Notes under the pieces: model-generated
What the model saw: only the letters and a program-made list of their open reading frames with translations
What the model was told of the DNA's origin: nothing
The model's database searches: none
Source of the DNA: Planctomycetota bacterium
GTDB lineage: Bacteria; Planctomycetota; UBA11346
DNA length: 64,000 nt
Direction: 5' to 3'
NCBI GenBank assembly: GCA_016745075.1
Contig: JADGDD010000002.1
Coordinates: 130,034-194,033 of the forward strand
Position numbers and translations under genes: made by a program
Shown: positions 9,900-19,524 of the stretch, piece by piece
How positions within the stretch are numbered: position 1 is the stretch's first letter
How the letters are laid out: each line of letters begins with the position of its first letter

Positions 9900-11045
9900 T
9901 TATCCCTTATCCACGAATAGTTTTGTAATGGAAAGGTCGCATGACTCTAATACCGATACGATAACTTCGGAAGCATTCCCTTGCCCATATATGTTATCAA
10001 TGTTTTTGTATTCACCGGCTAACAGGTTTGTATGGACACAAGTGATCGCATCAGATAATGAATCTGCTTTACAATCAGTGACATTGGAACTGCGAAGACG
10101 GCCTTTTTGTCTGTTTCCAATATTAATAACGGGTTTATTAAAACTGGCAGCTTCAATAATACCACTGGAAGTGTTTCCTATTAACATATCAACATGTTTC
10201 ATTGCACTTAAGTATCGCAGTTGACCAAGGCTTTTAACACATTTATATCGAATCGAATCACGAGAGCAAAAGGATTCGATCTTTTGGTTAATCATACGGC
10301 CACATTCATCTGAATTTGCGTATGTAAATAAAACGTGAAGTGAACTTTCTTTAATGCTATCAAGGATAGAATCTATCCCGCTAGCAGGGTCACTCTCTAG
10401 AGTGACTGGGTGATATGTAAAGAGCGCACTCTGGCAACCAAAATTCCAGTTAAGGCTGTCTTGAAGGTCATGTTTGGATAACATTTGTAAAGATTGAATG
10501 TTATCGAGACCAGGGGCGCCACTATTATATACTCGGGTGGGCTCTTCACCCATTTGGATAATTCTTTGTCGATATGGCTCAGTTGTAGCAAAATGTAAGG
10601 AGCTCATTTTAGTGATTGAGTGCCTGATTTGCTCATCAACTGCACCTTCGCTAATTTCTCCACCATGAATATGTGCAATAGGTATGTTCATAAGTAAGGC
10701 AGCGTTTGCAGCTGCATGAGTTTCATAACGATCGCCTAGAAGTAGAACAATATCGGGTTTCAATTGCTCGAATGCATCTGATAATAGTATCATAGCCAGG
10801 CCTGCTGATTTTGTTACGGCTGATTTTGAATCGGCAGATAGTAGATTTTCGATCTTTTTATCTATGCAAAATCCATCTGACTCAATTTGTTGATACGTGA
10901 GTCCGAATTCATTAGATAAGTGCATAGTTGATACAATGATTTGTAACTCTAAGGTATGAGAAGATTGTATTTTTTTCAAGATCGGAAAGAAAAGACCGTA
11001 TTCAGCACGAGTGCCAGTTATAATACATACTCTACGTTTATTCAT
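9900..11045 (-). CDS. legG: Hydrolysing NDP-sugar 2-epimerase (LegG/NeuC)
   Basis: TGTRAEYG, LGDRYE, HIHGGE, DEQIRHSITK, GNTSSGIIEA, IGNRQKGR. Confidence 0.9.
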   Translation of the reverse strand: MNKRRVCIITGTRAEYGLFFPILKKIQSSHTLELQIIVSTMHLSNEFGLTYQQIESDGFCIDKKIENLLSADSKSAVTKSAGLAMILLSDAFEQLKPDIVLLLGDRYETHAAANAALLMNIPIAHIHGGEISEGAVDEQIRHSITKMSSLHFATTEPYRQRIIQMGEEPTRVYNSGAPGLDNIQSLQMLSKHDLQDSLNWNFGCQSALFTYHPVTLESDPASGIDSILDSIKESSLHVLFTYANSDECGRMINQKIESFCSRDSIRYKCVKSLGQLRYLSAMKHVDMLIGNTSSGIIEAASFNKPVINIGNRQKGRLRSSNVTDCKADSLSDAITCVHTNLLAGEYKNIDNIYGQGNASEVIVSVLESCDLSITKLFVDKG

Positions 11046-12052
11046 GACATCAATAAATCATCAACGTTGTAGTCTTTTGTTGCGTAAGAACCTATTATTT
11101 CGTCCCAGCGCATAGGGCTAATTCCAGTTCCTGGTCTTTTTACTGTGATATTGTCTTTTGTAATTTTCTCCCCCTTCTTAATTTGACAAGACACTATAAT
11201 AGATTTGCGAGCAATCGCAATATTTGCTTTTTCACTTTTACTGGGTCTTTTTATCCCGTCTCCCATGGCTTTTTCAATCCTTCGGATTCCTCTCACCATA
11301 CTTGTAAGTTCGTATGGTTCTAAGCTTGCTTTGTGGTCTGGTCCATCCATATTTTTGTCTAGAGTAAAATGCTTTTCAATTACAGTAGCACCTCTTGCTA
11401 CAGCTGCGATAGGCACTTCAATTCCTGTGGTATGGTCACTATAGCCATAGTTTACTGAAAAGGCTGCCCCCATTGTTTCCATAGCTAATAGATTAACATC
11501 TTCTATTGGAGTTGGATATTGAGTATTTGCATGCAGTAGGACTATCTTTTCTCGTGCAGTGCCAGCAGTTGTAAGGATATTTACAGCAGCTTCGACTTCT
11601 CCAATGGATGCCATACCAGTGGACAGGATGATGTGTTTATTATACCCCCCCAATGTACGTAGGTAGGGTAGGTTTGTTATTTCACCACTTGGGATTTTGA
11701 AAAGAGGAAGTCCTAACTTATGGAGCATAGCAGCACTGTCAGTATCGAAAGGTGTTGAGAGAAAATCGATGTCCCGCTTTTTGCAATAGGCGATTAAGGT
11801 TTTGTGGGCATCGTCATCTAACTCGAGCTTTTTAATCATATCGAATTGAGACTCTTGGTGATCAGTATTTTGTTTCTGATAGTCTGCCTTGGGGGCGGTT
11901 TTAGAAACAAGCTTTTCAGCCTTGAAGGTTTGGAACTTTACAGCATCTGCACCTGCATCACTTGCTGCATCAACAAGCTGGCAAGCTGTCTGGAGAGATC
12001 CGTTGTGATTTACTCCAGCTTCAGCTATTATGTATACATTTTGATTAGACAT
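11042..12052 (-). CDS. legI: Legionaminic acid synthase (LegI/NeuB, with C-terminal SAF domain)
   Basis: IIAEAGVNHNG, KFQTF, KIPSGEITN, GYSDHT, IEKHFTLD, GPDHKASLEP, KRPGTGISPM. Confidence 0.9.
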   Translation of the reverse strand: MSNQNVYIIAEAGVNHNGSLQTACQLVDAASDAGADAVKFQTFKAEKLVSKTAPKADYQKQNTDHQESQFDMIKKLELDDDAHKTLIAYCKKRDIDFLSTPFDTDSAAMLHKLGLPLFKIPSGEITNLPYLRTLGGYNKHIILSTGMASIGEVEAAVNILTTAGTAREKIVLLHANTQYPTPIEDVNLLAMETMGAAFSVNYGYSDHTTGIEVPIAAVARGATVIEKHFTLDKNMDGPDHKASLEPYELTSMVRGIRRIEKAMGDGIKRPSKSEKANIAIARKSIIVSCQIKKGEKITKDNITVKRPGTGISPMRWDEIIGSYATKDYNVDDLLMS

Positions 12053-12938
12053 TAAAACGATCCCCTACTCGGAATGCATTATCATATTCATATTCAATGA
12101 CTTTAATGAAGCTGTCTTTCGTTTTGACCAAGAAGCCGTCGGCGCTTTTTTGGAGTATTGCGCCGACAGTACAATTATATGTGGGTGCATCAGCAATGTA
12201 TTCAACTTTATTTATTTTCATTTCTGATCCATTGAGGTGTGTGCGAGCCTGTGGACCAGGAGTGCAAATGGCCCGAACAAAGTTAAAGAGATTCCGACTA
12301 TCTTGGTTCCAATGGATATTTTCGTCACCGAACTTTCGCTGAGAGCAATAAAAACCGACGGGGTGAACGTCGGTTTGTACTGTGCGTCGAACCATGTTTT
12401 TCTTAAATAGAATGATGGCATCATATAAAATGTTTGCGCATTCAATGTAGGCTACTTCAAGCAAAGTTTGGTAAGTATCTGCATCGGTAATAGGGTAACA
12501 GCGTTGAAGGATGATGTCACCTGTATCGATGCCTTCATCCATATAGTGAACTGTTATACCAAAATCTGTCTCGTCATTAATTAGAGCCCAGTTCAATATA
12601 TTACGGCCTCGGTAGAATGGTAATTTACCTGCATGGCAATTAATTGTATGGAAGCGTGGGAGAGTAATTATTTCTTTGCGAAAAATCTGGTTAAATGACA
12701 TAGAAACAAACAAGTCACAAGAAAATTTACTCACAAGTTTGATGAATTCAGGAGAATTTATATTGCGATGAAGTAAATATGGTATGTTGTGCATGTTGCA
12801 ATAGTCTTTGAGTATCGTGTCTTGCGTGTCATATCGAACACAAATAAATTCAATTTTTATCTCCTTGTCGGAGATGATCTTATCAAAGGCTTTGTGGCTC
12901 CATGGGCCATCAGCAAAGTATCCAATATGTAATGTCAT
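12045..12938 (-). CDS. Sugar N-formyltransferase (Fmt/ArnA-like fold)
   Basis: INCHAGKLPFYRG, GITVHYMDEGIDTGDI plus a formyltransferase C-terminal domain; overlaps both legC and legI. Confidence 0.85.
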   Translation of the reverse strand: MTLHIGYFADGPWSHKAFDKIISDKEIKIEFICVRYDTQDTILKDYCNMHNIPYLLHRNINSPEFIKLVSKFSCDLFVSMSFNQIFRKEIITLPRFHTINCHAGKLPFYRGRNILNWALINDETDFGITVHYMDEGIDTGDIILQRCYPITDADTYQTLLEVAYIECANILYDAIILFKKNMVRRTVQTDVHPVGFYCSQRKFGDENIHWNQDSRNLFNFVRAICTPGPQARTHLNGSEMKINKVEYIADAPTYNCTVGAILQKSADGFLVKTKDSFIKVIEYEYDNAFRVGDRFNV

Positions 12939-14086
12939 GTTAGTGTACGTGCTCCACTTGGGATGTTAACAACTCTCTCAGATAGCCACATAGAATTATC
13001 TAAAGGCCCTGATTGGCAATGCTTGAACATAGTGAGTTTTGGCATCAAAGTCCAGATAGGGCGCACCATTATTTGTTGTTTATTGGCGTGCTCAATGAAT
13101 GCATCGCGTTGACTTTGATCGTGAAAAATAATTGCATTGAGCCAATAGTTGGAGCGGCTTGATGGTGGTTCGTGAGCGAAGGCAGGAGAATTTGTTTTTT
13201 TGAAGAAGTCAGCGTAGAGTTGGGCGATTTTTCGTTTGTCACTTAAGATGGCATCAAGCTGCTCCATTTGAGCGACTCCTAATGCGGCGTTAAGGTTGGG
13301 CATTCGGTAATTATAGCCAATTTGATCATGAATATACTCATATGGGTGAGGCGTCTTGGCTGTTGTTGTTAAGTGTTTGGCTTGATTGGCAAACTCCTGG
13401 TCATCGGTGATGATGATTCCTCCTCCACCTGTTGTTATCGTCTTGTTTCCATTAAAACTCAGAGCGCTAGCGAGGCCAATGCGACCGCTATGCAAGGTGT
13501 CAATATAGCTTCCTAAGGACTCAGCTGCATCTTCAATTACTTGAATATTAAACTTTTTGCAAATTGCAGCGATTTTAAGAATTCGACACGGATGCCCGAA
13601 GGTATGCATGGGAACACAGGCTTTGATAATCCGCCCCGTCGTTGTGTTGATACATTGACCGTCTTGGATGCGGGTGTTTTCATGAAGAAAACTTTCAAGT
13701 GCATCTGGAGAAAGTCCCATTGTATTTTTATCGACATCTACGAAGACAGGGTGAGCATTACAGTAGTTAATCGCATTGCAGGTTGCAACGAATGTTAATG
13801 GTTGGGTGATGACTTCATCATTTGTTTGAACACCTGCAAGTAAAAGGGTTATGTGCAATGCGGATGTGCCGTTAGATGTTGCAATTGCATATTTTGCACC
13901 TGTAAATTTTGCAATCATGTCTTCAAATTGGTTGACAAATTTTCCGACAGATGAAACAAATGTTGATTCTATACATTCGTTCAGGTAGCTTTTTTCGTTG
14001 CCAATAAACAAGGGTTCGTGTAGCGGGATAAATTTGTCTGTTTGGTAGATGTTTCTGATGAAATCTGTGATTTCTTGAAATGTCAT
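12935..14086 (-). CDS. legC: PLP-dependent aminotransferase, LegC family
   Basis: IPLHEP, FVSSVG, NGTSALH, EDAAESLG, SFNGNKTITTGGGG, GYNYRMPN. Confidence 0.9.
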   Translation of the reverse strand: MTFQEITDFIRNIYQTDKFIPLHEPLFIGNEKSYLNECIESTFVSSVGKFVNQFEDMIAKFTGAKYAIATSNGTSALHITLLLAGVQTNDEVITQPLTFVATCNAINYCNAHPVFVDVDKNTMGLSPDALESFLHENTRIQDGQCINTTTGRIIKACVPMHTFGHPCRILKIAAICKKFNIQVIEDAAESLGSYIDTLHSGRIGLASALSFNGNKTITTGGGGIIITDDQEFANQAKHLTTTAKTPHPYEYIHDQIGYNYRMPNLNAALGVAQMEQLDAILSDKRKIAQLYADFFKKTNSPAFAHEPPSSRSNYWLNAIIFHDQSQRDAFIEHANKQQIMVRPIWTLMPKLTMFKHCQSGPLDNSMWLSERVVNIPSGARTLT

Positions 14087-14090
14087 GATA

Positions 14091-15284
14091 TCACATCTTC
14101 CCGTCTAGGTATTTGCCAGTTTCTTTGTGGCCAAAATTAGGAACCATTTTGTGGAAGAGTTTAACGATGTCTTCTTTTTTCCATGTACGGGAAGCCTTGA
14201 GGTCAGAAATCGTTTTTTCAAATTCATCAAGCAGCGACTTGTCAAACTGTGCTTCGTTTTTAATGACACCAAGATTATTAAAACGTTCCATGTCGAGAGT
14301 TTCTTGATCTGTAAAAAATTCTTCGAAATCTTTTTCGCCAGTGGTGTCGCTTTTGGTAAATAAGCAGGGCCATTTTTTCTTTGCTGGCAAGGTTTTAACT
14401 AAAGTCCGAGCTTCGTCTTCTGTATCACAAAGATGTGGTTCGTAGCCTTTCGCTTGCAGATAGCGAACTGCAATGTCAGCAAAAGATATGAGGTCTAGCT
14501 TTTCACTCAGTTTTGGGAAGAAAATGTCTCTGTTTTCGCCAAAAACACAACTCATTAAGCAGAGTTCACCAGCTTCCTGTGGAGTCACAAAATATCTTTT
14601 GATGTCATTGGGAGCAACGATGGGTTGTTGTTTCTCCAGTCTTTGATTGAAGCCGTGCAGTAGAGACCCATCAGAAAATGCAACATTTGCAAATCGAGCG
14701 GTAGAAATATTTATCTCTAAGCTCTTTTTCATTAGGAACATTTCCATGATGCGTTTACTTGCCCCCATCATATTAGCAGGGTTTGCAGCTTTATCGGTGG
14801 AAACACAAAAGTATTTCTTTACGTGTGCTGTAATAGATTGTTGCAGGGTTTTATCCGTATTAAAAACATTAACATCTATCATCCGCATGAGCGTATATGG
14901 ATCTTTTTCGCTTCGTACATGTTTGAGGGCTGAAAGGTTTAAGACATAATCATATGCCCCATCAGCTTTGATAAAAGCGTCGTATTCAAGTGAGCCAATA
15001 TCGAGAGCAAAAGTTTGGAAATCTCCGTCAATATAACCGAATGAACTTCTAATATCACGAACTAACTCTACCATGTTGTTTTCGCTAATATCAACAACAT
15101 GAAGTTTTTTTGGGTTTCTCTTAAATATTTCTTTTGTCACTGCTTGGCCAATAGAACCAGCGCCGCCAACAACTAGAAAAGAGGAGGATGGAATAATACG
15201 CCCAAGCTCAGCTTCATGCTGGGCTATATCTGCTGCAAACAACGCGGCATTTCTGCCTATCAAATTCAATATGTTTTGAGACAT
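14091..15284 (-). CDS. legB: NDP-GlcNAc 4,6-dehydratase, LgaA/LegB-type first step
   Basis: GGAGSIG, DISENNMVELVRDIRS, SALKHVRSE, STDKAANP, MGASKR, RFANVAFSDGSL. Confidence 0.87.
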   Translation of the reverse strand: MSQNILNLIGRNAALFAADIAQHEAELGRIIPSSSFLVVGGAGSIGQAVTKEIFKRNPKKLHVVDISENNMVELVRDIRSSFGYIDGDFQTFALDIGSLEYDAFIKADGAYDYVLNLSALKHVRSEKDPYTLMRMIDVNVFNTDKTLQQSITAHVKKYFCVSTDKAANPANMMGASKRIMEMFLMKKSLEINISTARFANVAFSDGSLLHGFNQRLEKQQPIVAPNDIKRYFVTPQEAGELCLMSCVFGENRDIFFPKLSEKLDLISFADIAVRYLQAKGYEPHLCDTEDEARTLVKTLPAKKKWPCLFTKSDTTGEKDFEEFFTDQETLDMERFNNLGVIKNEAQFDKSLLDEFEKTISDLKASRTWKKEDIVKLFHKMVPNFGHKETGKYLDGKM

Positions 15285-15298
15285 AGAATTTGCTCTCC

Positions 15299-16624
15299 TT
15301 ACTTACTGCCTATTTGGAAATACTCAAAGCCGCTTTGGGTAAGTTTTTCTTTATTATATTGATTTCGTCCATCAAAGATGACCGGTGTTTTTAATTGTGA
15401 TTGTATTTCAATGAAATCAGGTGAACGGAATTCTTTCCATTCGGTTATGAGTATTAAGCCATCAGCGTTAGTGAGAGCCGTGTATTTACTTTCAACATAT
15501 TCAACGCGGCTATTACCTTTAAGGTAGCATTCTTTGGCTTCATGAACTGCTTTCGGGTCATACGCCTTAATTATAGCACCGCGTTGAGTCAGTTCATTAA
15601 TGACCGTGATAGAGGTTGCTTCGCGCATATCATCGGTTTCCGGTTTGAATGAGAGGCCCCATACGGCAAAAGTCATTCCTGATAAATCTTCTCCAAACCG
15701 TTGGATGACTTTTTGTGATAAAACGAATTTTTGTTTGTCATTAACGTCTTCAACTGATTTGAGAATTTTTGTGTCGTAATTATTGTCAGCAGCCGTTTTA
15801 ATTAGCGCTCGTACATCTTTTGGGAAACAGCTGCCGCCATATCCGCAGCCTGGATAAATAAAGTGGTAGCCAATTCGCTCATCTGAACCAATGCCGTTGC
15901 GTACAGCATTCACGTCGGCGCCAACCATCTCGCAGATATTGGCAATTTCATTCATAAATGAAATTTTTGTAGCGAGCATTGCATTAGCGGTGTATTTTGT
16001 CATTTCCGCAGATTTAACATCCATGGTGACGATACGGTTGTGATTATGGACAAAAGGCTCGTACAACTCTTTCATGACATCAAACGACTGTTGGTCGTTG
16101 GCACCAATGACAACGCGGTCAGGACGCATGAAGTCATTGATGGCAGCACCCTCTTTGAGAAATTCCGGATTTGAAATGACTGAGAAATAAAAGTTTTCTT
16201 TACGAATGTCCAACTGTTTATGGATTTCAGCAGCTACTTTTTCTGCAGTGCCAACAGGAACAGTCGATTTATCTACGACATACATATCATGTACCATATG
16301 GGTGCCGATTTCAGAGGCTACTTGTAAAACATATTTAAGATCTGCGCTTCCGTCTTCTCCCATTGGTGTACCAACGGCGATAAAACAAATGTCAGAATGC
16401 GCTAAAGCTTCCTGTATGCTGGTGGTGAAATGAAGAGATTTTTTTTCTATGTTTTCTTTAACGAGTTTTTCAAGTCGTGGTTCATAAATGGGTACAATAC
16501 CGTCTTGCAGTCTTGTGATTTTCTTGCTGTCGATATCGACACAGGTGACGGTGTTTCCCATTTCGGCAAAACAGGTGCCTGTGACGAGTCCAACATACCC
16601 TGTTCCTATGACTGATATTTTCAC
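15299..16624 (-). CDS. ugd: UDP-glucose 6-dehydrogenase
   Basis: IGTGYVGL, KSTVPVGT, SNPEFLKEG, GYGGSCFPKD, FKPETDDMRE, IFDGRN. Confidence 0.95.
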   Translation of the reverse strand: MKISVIGTGYVGLVTGTCFAEMGNTVTCVDIDSKKITRLQDGIVPIYEPRLEKLVKENIEKKSLHFTTSIQEALAHSDICFIAVGTPMGEDGSADLKYVLQVASEIGTHMVHDMYVVDKSTVPVGTAEKVAAEIHKQLDIRKENFYFSVISNPEFLKEGAAINDFMRPDRVVIGANDQQSFDVMKELYEPFVHNHNRIVTMDVKSAEMTKYTANAMLATKISFMNEIANICEMVGADVNAVRNGIGSDERIGYHFIYPGCGYGGSCFPKDVRALIKTAADNNYDTKILKSVEDVNDKQKFVLSQKVIQRFGEDLSGMTFAVWGLSFKPETDDMREATSITVINELTQRGAIIKAYDPKAVHEAKECYLKGNSRVEYVESKYTALTNADGLILITEWKEFRSPDFIEIQSQLKTPVIFDGRNQYNKEKLTQSGFEYFQIGSK

Positions 16625-16848
16625 AAAATCCCTTTATCTTCTCAGTTTCCCTATAGTAGGACGCGCTTCGCGCACATCACCTAGGGGCTAAGTGAGTAAC
16701 GCAAGGACGCAACGTACCTTGCCACATAGGTTTAGACAAGTGGCAATATTTGTGTCATAACGCTTTTCCCTGCGTTTCTTACGAATATTTATACTATTGT
16801 TTGGGTTGAAAAAGGAGTAAGTAAAGTCCCTATAGAGGATTCTATTAC

Positions 16849-18408
16849 TTACTTAGTAGGCTTAAGCAGTATAGTCAAGGCGGTGCCGCCTAAGGCAAGT
16901 ACTATGATGGTAATAAATGACAAGATCATCTTTTTGGTGCTCAGCATTGTACTGATTTCGTAGGACACGGGTCCACTTAATGAATAGAGGGCTCCGCTTC
17001 TGTTGAGTTGTACTGCAGATAATTCTTCATGAATATCTTGCATATTTTCAAGGAGAGAAGCAATTGTTCTTGATGTTGCGCTCATCTGAGCATTAAAGTG
17101 AGACTTTGTTTCTTCTGTTTCGTTAGATGCATCGTCAACGAATATGCTGCCTTTTTTCGAGGCGTATTGTTTGTAGAAGAGCATTTCTTTTTTCAGTTCT
17201 GCAACATTGTAACCGTGTTGAATCATTTTATCAAGTAATGCCTGCCGATATTGAGTTTGACCAACTTCTTGTACTAAAGCAGTGATTTTGTCCATCATGG
17301 CACCATCAATGGAGCTGCCAAGAGTATAGATTGATTGTGGATGGAGTTGTGTAGAGGATGGAGTTGTTGTAGGGAGTTGCTGTGCTGTGGCTGCAGTAGT
17401 CATAAGGTTTTGTCGATCCCATGCCTCTTGCAGGACTGTGCCTTGGTCGGTAAGCAGTTTTTCATCTAAACGGAGGCTCTCAAGGCGAGTTTCTGCATAA
17501 AACTGGTTAGTTTTTCCGTTATTTTTATCATTAAAGAAACGCGCATATTCTGTAAGCATAGGAAAGCGAAATGATTCGATTCCTTGTAACTGCATGGTGA
17601 TTTCTTCTAATGACATGCCGTTTGGTAAGCGTGTTTGTAGAGCACCAGGCATATTTTTTATATGAGATAGTTGTGCTTGAGCTTTGTCGAGAATTTGCTT
17701 ATAGGCATCGATACGCATTAACGCATCTTCTTGGTTTGAAAAGACAGCTGTTTCTAGAATAGATGGGCTCAATAGGCCACCAGTTAAGCGAAACGCTCCT
17801 TTGCGTTCAATAGCATCATTTGCCCAAGTTGATAAAATGTCAGTTAATGTTTTTTCTACTATTGAACGAGGAATCTCGGGAAGTCCTTCACCAAACCAGC
17901 GTAATTTAAATGCTGGCTGTTTAAGAGAAGACATTCGTTTTTTGTAGTTTGCTTCAATTTCAGCTTGCTCAGTAACAGTAAGTCCTTTTTTACTCAACTG
18001 AGAAACGAATTCCATGCGAGCCAATTCAACTCCATCATTCATTTCTGTTACAATAATAGCTTGATTGAATTGCTGTAGGGTAAGATAATTTGATATCTCA
18101 CTGTTGTCATAAACTTCTGTCAGAATAGAGAGGTCAGCTATGTTGGAATAATGGAAGGGCTGCCCGTTCGGATAACTTCCTTGCATGGATGTTCCGAAGC
18201 TAAGTTCAAAAGGCTGTGTAAGTTCTTGTGTTTTAGGAATTGTTAGGCGGGCCAAAAGAAGAGTGGAACCAGTAATAATGCCTACGAGGAGTAGAACTGA
18301 GACAATAATGCCACTCTTGGTGAATAATTTACCAAGAACATCAGAAATCGATATTTCATCTGAATTATAGGTGGTGGCAGGCTGGTGAGGCAAAGATTCT
18401 TGGTTCAT
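16849..18408 (-). CDS. Polysaccharide co-polymerase / Wzz-like chain-length protein
   Basis: DEISISDVL before an N-terminal TM helix, long coiled-coil-like middle, C-terminal TM helix; heads the glycan locus. Start ATG 18408 chosen from the promoter position. Confidence 0.6.
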   Translation of the reverse strand: MNQESLPHQPATTYNSDEISISDVLGKLFTKSGIIVSVLLLVGIITGSTLLLARLTIPKTQELTQPFELSFGTSMQGSYPNGQPFHYSNIADLSILTEVYDNSEISNYLTLQQFNQAIIVTEMNDGVELARMEFVSQLSKKGLTVTEQAEIEANYKKRMSSLKQPAFKLRWFGEGLPEIPRSIVEKTLTDILSTWANDAIERKGAFRLTGGLLSPSILETAVFSNQEDALMRIDAYKQILDKAQAQLSHIKNMPGALQTRLPNGMSLEEITMQLQGIESFRFPMLTEYARFFNDKNNGKTNQFYAETRLESLRLDEKLLTDQGTVLQEAWDRQNLMTTAATAQQLPTTTPSSTQLHPQSIYTLGSSIDGAMMDKITALVQEVGQTQYRQALLDKMIQHGYNVAELKKEMLFYKQYASKKGSIFVDDASNETEETKSHFNAQMSATSRTIASLLENMQDIHEELSAVQLNRSGALYSLSGPVSYEISTMLSTKKMILSFITIIVLALGGTALTILLKPTK

Positions 18409-18414
18409 AGCAGG

Positions 18415-18441
18415 AAAATATCGTTCATGCTCTTTTTGCAA
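18415..18441 (-). promoter_or_regulatory. Candidate promoter TTGCAA-N15-TATTTT, 6 nt before ATG 18408 (probably leaderless)
   Basis: Read directly on the minus strand; same architecture as other promoters in the window. Confidence 0.5.
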
Positions 18442-18591
18442 GGAGTGAAGAATGGGTAAATATCGGAATTATCGGCCCTTTTTACGTTTCGTGTGATTCA
18501 TATGTCTATCTTGAGGCGTGCGTGCTGGTTAAAATATGCGCAATGTGTATGGGTTTAAAATGAACAAAGAAATATTTATCTCTCTTTGTTT

Positions 18592-19524
18592 CTACAGAAG
18601 GGCTTCAGCTGGAACATTGGCAATTAAATCGCTGAATACATCTTCTAAGCTGCGTCGCTCTTCAACCAATTCGCGTAGGCCGCCATGTGTTTGTGCTAAG
18701 TCTATAATCAGCCCGCGTGCATCGGGTGGTGCATCTAGTAGGCATCCGTCATCAGTAGAGGAGACCATGGTGATATGTTTGTGCTCTGAAAGGGCTGTTT
18801 GAAATGTTTCAAGTTGTGACTGTTCAAAGCGAACGGAAACGCGGGTGACTTGGCGTGAACGTTTGCAGAGATCATCAACAGATTCTTCTAAAATACTGCG
18901 GCCTTCATGGACAACAATAACTCGTTTGGCACAAAGTTCGACCTCTGATAAAATATGGGTCGATAATAAAATGCTGTGACGCTGGCTGAGATCAATTAAC
19001 AAACGACGAAATCGAGCAACTTGTGTGGGGTCAAGGCCAGCAGTGGGTTCATCTAAAATTAAAATAGGTGGGCGGCCAAGTAGTGCTTGGGCAAGACCAG
19101 CGCGTTGTTGATTGCCTCCAGATAATTTTCGCAAATGTCTATTAGCAACAGGTTCAAGCTGACATGCCTCAATTGCTTCAACCACTTCGCGGCGGCGTTG
19201 ACGTTTGGGGATATTTTTCAAACGAGCACAGTGATCTAAATAAGAACTAACCGTCATATCTGGGTAGAGTGGTAATTGTTGGGGTAAATAGCCAATCTGC
19301 TGACGGCAGGCAATAGGGTTATCGGCAGCATCAATGCCATTAATAATAACCTTACCAGAACTGGGTGCCACAAATCCTGCCATGATTTTCATGGAAGTCG
19401 ATTTCCCTGCACCATTTGGTCCAAGAAAACCAACAATTTCGTGTTCATCTAAAGAAAGTGAAACATCGTGCAATGCTTGTACGGTGCCATAGCGCTTGGA
19501 TAAATTTTTGGCGATAAGTTTCAT
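18592..19524 (-). CDS. ABC transporter ATP-binding protein (GldA/CcmA-like)
   Basis: Walker A GPNGAGKST, LSGGNQQR, ILDEPTAGLDP, STH. Confidence 0.9.
   Translation of the reverse strand: MKLIAKNLSKRYGTVQALHDVSLSLDEHEIVGFLGPNGAGKSTSMKIMAGFVAPSSGKVIINGIDAADNPIACRQQIGYLPQQLPLYPDMTVSSYLDHCARLKNIPKRQRRREVVEAIEACQLEPVANRHLRKLSGGNQQRAGLAQALLGRPPILILDEPTAGLDPTQVARFRRLLIDLSQRHSILLSTHILSEVELCAKRVIVVHEGRSILEESVDDLCKRSRQVTRVSVRFEQSQLETFQTALSEHKHITMVSSTDDGCLLDAPPDARGLIIDLAQTHGGLRELVEERRSLEDVFSDLIANVPAEALL

Noticed and set aside
12045..12938. Methionyl-tRNA formyltransferase (fmt)
   Set aside because: It overlaps legC and legI, has no def neighbour and lacks the Fmt N-terminal GTP motif; a sugar formyltransferase fits better.
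16708..16726. Sigma54-like TGGCA...TTGC on the minus strand upstream of ugd
   Set aside because: The GG-to-GC spacing is 11 nt rather than the required 10.
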